A DNA stretch of 20,000 nt, from positions 58,121 to 78,120 of the IMG/VR virus record IMGVR_UViG_3300007609_000011, one strand, 5' to 3'. Source of the stretch: an uncultured virus (IMG/VR IMGVR_UViG_3300007609_000011). Its lineage: Duplodnaviria; Heunggongvirae; Uroviricota; Caudoviricetes. Positions 16,938-20,000 of this stretch are shown here, piece after piece (position 1 is the stretch's first letter; each line of letters begins with the position of its first letter). The notes under the pieces were generated by a model, which saw only the letters and a list, made by a program, of their open reading frames with translations, did no database searches and was not told the origin of the DNA. Both the position numbers and the translations under genes were made by a program.

Positions 16938-17739
16938 TGTACTTGTCCACTGCTTGAATATTTAACTCCTTCGTTGCAAATTCTGGAGTATTCCATATAT
17001 ACTTTTTAATAATATTTTTATAAAATCCTAAATTTAAATTTACGGGTTCGTCGTCTGTAAAAAAATTATAAATTTTTCTTGCTAAAATATTATGATTTGA
17101 TAGGCATAGATGATTATATCTGAGATCCATTCCTTTCCACAAGACAAACGTATCTGCTTCATTACATTCGTTTTTTTGAACATTAGCTAAGGTACCTATC
17201 GAGAACGATAAATCTTCCCATCCTTTCTCTATATTATCGTTATCGAACCCTTGCAATATTAAAGGAGTTCTTAAATTTTTTGTTTTGTAAGCTAACCAGC
17301 CGAATCTCCATTCGTTCCACAAATCGTCTAGCTTATCTCGTTGTATTTGAGATATAAATCCTAAAATTGCATCTTGTTTTTCTTTACTTTCTATATATTT
17401 CGAAATACCTGCTGTTCCGCTACCGAGTATTGTTGAAAAATTAGATAATTCAGGATCTTCTTGAATAAACCAAAATCTAGATTTTTGGGTAGTTACTACG
17501 ATTAAATAGTCTTCTTTGGTAATGTTGGAAAATACTTCTTTGTTTAGCTGATCGAAAATATAATCTTGAGCTACACCTGCTACACTGTAATTTTTAAGAT
17601 ATGTAACACCTAACATATTTGCAATTTGTCTGTGCCAAAAAGGAGCACTTTGAGCATGCGGACTATTTTTATATTCATCGCATCTGAAATGATAAGAAAA
17701 ACTATCACCAACAATGTAAAGAGTACTATTTGTTGGCAT
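16918..17739 (-). CDS. SGNH/GDSL-hydrolase-like protein
   Basis: 273 aa. Block I LYIVGDSFS, block II NYSVAG, and a C-terminal His motif DLRYNHLCLSNHNILA. Confidence 0.6.
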   Translation of the reverse strand: MPTNSTLYIVGDSFSYHFRCDEYKNSPHAQSAPFWHRQIANMLGVTYLKNYSVAGVAQDYIFDQLNKEVFSNITKEDYLIVVTTQKSRFWFIQEDPELSNFSTILGSGTAGISKYIESKEKQDAILGFISQIQRDKLDDLWNEWRFGWLAYKTKNLRTPLILQGFDNDNIEKGWEDLSFSIGTLANVQKNECNEADTFVLWKGMDLRYNHLCLSNHNILARKIYNFFTDDEPVNLNLGFYKNIIKKYIWNTPEFATKELNIQAVDKYNARNTK

Positions 17740-18214
17740 TGCTTAATGCTTGCTTCATCTCTAGTTCTGTTTTAAAAGGTCCGTTGTACGGATATCTTTG
17801 AATTGTAATAAGTTTAGGACAAAAACTTTTAACCCATCCTTTATTAAATTTAATAATATAATATCCAGCACAATATAAACTTTTAGAATCTTTACTCTTT
17901 GTGAAAAGCGGAATTTTTCTATGCAAATCGTACATTGTGTTGAATGGTTTGCAACTTGAAGAAAATCCGTGAACAGTGTGCTCGTCTATTTTACTATCGT
18001 TTGTTGTATCGACTGGAATAAAGAATTCGCTTCCAAATTCGCTTTCAATATGTTTTTTATTTTTAAAGAATACTACACCGTTTTCATTACTCAACACAAA
18101 CCGGTTATCTTCGTTTTTTCGAAGGGTAGCACAAGTAACTCCATCTTGTTCAACTAACCAAAATTTATCTTTTAATACGGGTTTTGCCCGTAACATAGTT
18201 TTAGATTTATTCAT
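17726..18214 (-). CDS. Hypothetical phage protein
   Basis: 162 aa (alternative start at MLRAKPV). Motifs FWLVE, PLFTK, YCAGYY..KF..GW...FCPKLIT..RY...GPFKT. Overlaps both neighbours. Confidence 0.78.
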   Translation of the reverse strand: MNKSKTMLRAKPVLKDKFWLVEQDGVTCATLRKNEDNRFVLSNENGVVFFKNKKHIESEFGSEFFIPVDTTNDSKIDEHTVHGFSSSCKPFNTMYDLHRKIPLFTKSKDSKSLYCAGYYIIKFNKGWVKSFCPKLITIQRYPYNGPFKTELEMKQALSNANK

Positions 18215-19196
18215 TTATGTACCTTGCATTTAATGGTTCAGCATAATACTGTACTTGGTCTGAAATTTTTTGTAAATCATACAAATGACAGAATTTAAGT
18301 AGTCTAATTCCAACTTGATTTATATTTTTAGGATTATCCGTTGCTTCGTTTATTGTTTCTTTGATTATGTTTCTAATGTCATCAGGTTGTGCCGTTAGAT
18401 CTATAAGTTGACGATTACGTTCGTAGTCATCTAGCACACGATGCTCCTCACCTTTGTGATCAACCCAGCGTTGAAGCATTAGGTTATTCCAGTTAAACCC
18501 TTTCGAATTTTTATCTTCGAACGCTTCTAACAGGCCTACTTTGTTCTTGGTACCTTTTTTACGAACACCCGGATAAGCACTGAATACGTTATCGCTTGTG
18601 TCACCCCTTACACATTTTTCAAACAAAAGCCATTGTGGATCTGGAGCCGGTTTAGGTTCTCCGGTTTTTTTATCAACCACAGACTTTCCAGCATCAGTAA
18701 AATACCCTTCGTGTGTTGTTGTTGTATTACTTACACCGTTATACTGTTTTACATTAGGAGAAATTAACTGTGCAAAGTCTGAGTCAGTTGAAATAATTAC
18801 ATGATCTTCATTTGGGTGTTGTTGAATCCATCCTGCAATCAAGTCGTCTGCTTCCAGTTGTTTATGCTGTAGCACCGTGCAATTCGTTTTTTCAGCAATA
18901 AAATCCTTGAATGTGTCAAACGCTTCCCAAAATATTTTTTCTTCTTCTTGTTCTTTTTCAGTGAGTGCGGCTCGTGCCTCGGTCCTGTTTCTCTTATAAG
19001 GCTCATAATAATCTTTACGCCAACTGCGTCCTTCTAAACAAAAAACAACATGGCTTCCGTCGAAATCTTGCCATGCTTTCTTAATACTATTCAATGTAAT
19101 ATGAAAAGCCATTCCGAGCTTAATATCAGCATCACCTTTTATTGCATGCCTAGCTCTAAAAAATGTGTTTGCGGTATCTACTAAAATATATGTCAT
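18207..19196 (-). CDS. rnh: T4 RNase H-like 5'-3' exonuclease / flap endonuclease (PIN domain)
   Basis: 329 aa with the catalytic acidic motifs YILVDTAN, WRKDYY..YKRNR, LEADDLI, ISTDSDF.QL, GDTSDNV...PGV and RN.QLIDL. Confidence 0.9.
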   Translation of the reverse strand: MTYILVDTANTFFRARHAIKGDADIKLGMAFHITLNSIKKAWQDFDGSHVVFCLEGRSWRKDYYEPYKRNRTEARAALTEKEQEEEKIFWEAFDTFKDFIAEKTNCTVLQHKQLEADDLIAGWIQQHPNEDHVIISTDSDFAQLISPNVKQYNGVSNTTTTHEGYFTDAGKSVVDKKTGEPKPAPDPQWLLFEKCVRGDTSDNVFSAYPGVRKKGTKNKVGLLEAFEDKNSKGFNWNNLMLQRWVDHKGEEHRVLDDYERNRQLIDLTAQPDDIRNIIKETINEATDNPKNINQVGIRLLKFCHLYDLQKISDQVQYYAEPLNARYINE

Positions 19197-19588
19197 GAAT
19201 TATTTCTTTTTACTGAGTTAATATCAATTACTCCAGTATTAACTGGACCACCATACTCTCCGTCTACTACTACATTAGCACACAGTTCTCTAAACCAACG
19301 ATCTACAACTTCTTCGTCGGGATCTCCTTCTAACCCATACCCTTGTCCTCTTAGTTGTTCGATGAAATACTTGTTCCAGTCAAGTTCAAAAAATCCGTTG
19401 CGAACATTTTCTTTATTAACATGTGTTTCTACTACGCCTACCCAAGGTTCTTTTTTTCGTGTAGCTCGTTCTTTTTCGCTGAGTGTTTTAAGTTCTGCTT
19501 GTTCTTCTAGTTCTTTAGCTTTAGCAAGAGTAGCTTCTGCCTCTGCTTTAAGCTTGTCAAGACCTGTTATTTTTTCTAACCATTTCAT
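19193..19588 (-). CDS. Hypothetical phage protein
   Basis: The start is reassigned to ATG 19588 (MKWLEK...), 1 nt after the upstream TGA, giving 131 aa. Motifs KE.AT..KEPWV.V, GFFELDWN.YF and EEVVDRWF. Confidence 0.78.
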   Translation of the reverse strand: MKWLEKITGLDKLKAEAEATLAKAKELEEQAELKTLSEKERATRKKEPWVGVVETHVNKENVRNGFFELDWNKYFIEQLRGQGYGLEGDPDEEVVDRWFRELCANVVVDGEYGGPVNTGVIDINSVKRNNS

Positions 19589-19589
19589 A

Positions 19590-19871
19590 TCAATACCACC
19601 CCATTGCTCTACCAAAACCGAATATGTTAACAATTGCAAAGTAGAAAGTTAACAGCATGATCCATGCCGCACCTCTACGCCAACTTGCGTAAACCTGTGT
19701 AATTGCACCAATAAAGAAATTAGGATAAACAAATCTCATATCGGGATCGTCGGCATTTATTGCGAGATACAAACTTGCAATAACTGTAAAAACAAAACTA
19801 ACAAGTTCAAATCCAAATGCTACACGATCTGATTGATAACTGTTGATCCAAAAATCTTTAACAGTTTGCAT
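19590..19871 (-). CDS. Small integral membrane protein (about 3 TM helices)
   Basis: The start is reassigned to ATG 19871 in a TGATG overlap with the queE-like stop, giving 93 aa. It has three hydrophobic segments (AFGFELVSFVFTVIASLYLAI; FVYPNFFIGAITQVYASW; AAWIMLLTFYFAIVNIFGF). Confidence 0.75.
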   Translation of the reverse strand: MQTVKDFWINSYQSDRVAFGFELVSFVFTVIASLYLAINADDPDMRFVYPNFFIGAITQVYASWRRGAAWIMLLTFYFAIVNIFGFGRAMGWY

Positions 19872-19999
19872 CAAGTGCCCCACTCATTCTTAAACAACGG
19901 CACTTGTAGTCTATCTGAATACCTAACACCGTTTGCCATAGCAAGTTCCGCTACACGGCGGTTGTTAAGCTCGTAGACACCTTCTGTGCCACCTACAGG
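19871..19999 (-). CDS. queE: C-terminal end of a QueE-like radical SAM enzyme (7-carboxy-7-deazaguanine synthase), truncated by the window edge
   Basis: Manual translation of the - strand gives PVGGTEGVYELNNRRVAELAMANGVRYSDRLQVPLFKNEWGT*. This matches the QueE C-terminal pattern (P.G...G.RYS.RL(H/Q)..L(W/F).N..G.). It is absent from the ORF track and only 42 codons are visible. Confidence 0.65.
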   Translation of the reverse strand, partial: PVGGTEGVYELNNRRVAELAMANGVRYSDRLQVPLFKNEWGT

Positions 20000-20000
20000 C

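Noticed and set aside
14864..19652. Short + strand ORFs and the off-frame - ORF 14864-15112 within the - strand block
   Set aside because: They overlap coherent, coupled - strand genes and show no independent coding signals.
19589..19883. ORF-track starts at 19639 and 19883
   Set aside because: Both extend into upstream genes. ATG 19588 and ATG 19871 abut or overlap the upstream stops, as the other genes here do.
1..20000. Stop-codon reassignment as seen in some large phages
   Set aside because: Coding density is near complete under the standard code, and TAA, TGA and TAG all terminate genes at sensible boundaries.
1..20000. CRISPR array, tRNA, structured ncRNA, intron or intein
   Set aside because: No intergenic gap exceeds ~60 nt, no spaced direct repeats were seen, and the enzymes show uninterrupted motif spacing.

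Overview
This is a 20 kb segment of an AT-rich, gene-dense, large tailed dsDNA phage genome, most like the T4-related jumbo myoviruses (RaK2/GAP32-like organisation; this assignment is from pattern recognition, not a search). It uses the standard genetic code and has two convergent blocks that meet at a perfect palindromic bidirectional terminator (14786-14810). The + strand block (1-14785) starts with a baseplate/tail module: a 5'-truncated baseplate-type protein, four paralogous fibre/appendage proteins that share an N-terminal module but have different C-termini, and a further virion protein. A translationally coupled 7-gene operon follows, behind a composite sigma70-like/late-like promoter. 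It encodes a small hypothetical protein, two paralogous GT8-like glycosyltransferases, a second hypothetical protein, two paralogous GT-A-fold proteins (one internally duplicated) and a Twitch/SPASM-type radical SAM enzyme. The - strand block (14817-20000) holds the 3' end of a QueE-like gene that the ORF track missed, a 3-TM membrane protein, a T4 RNase H-like 5'-3' exonuclease, an SGNH-like hydrolase and several small hypothetical proteins. The best candidate for an undescribed system is the glycosyltransferase + radical SAM operon attached to the tail genes, a possible virion/fibre glycosylation or other glyco-modification pathway. I saw no CRISPR array, tRNA, rRNA or mobile element.
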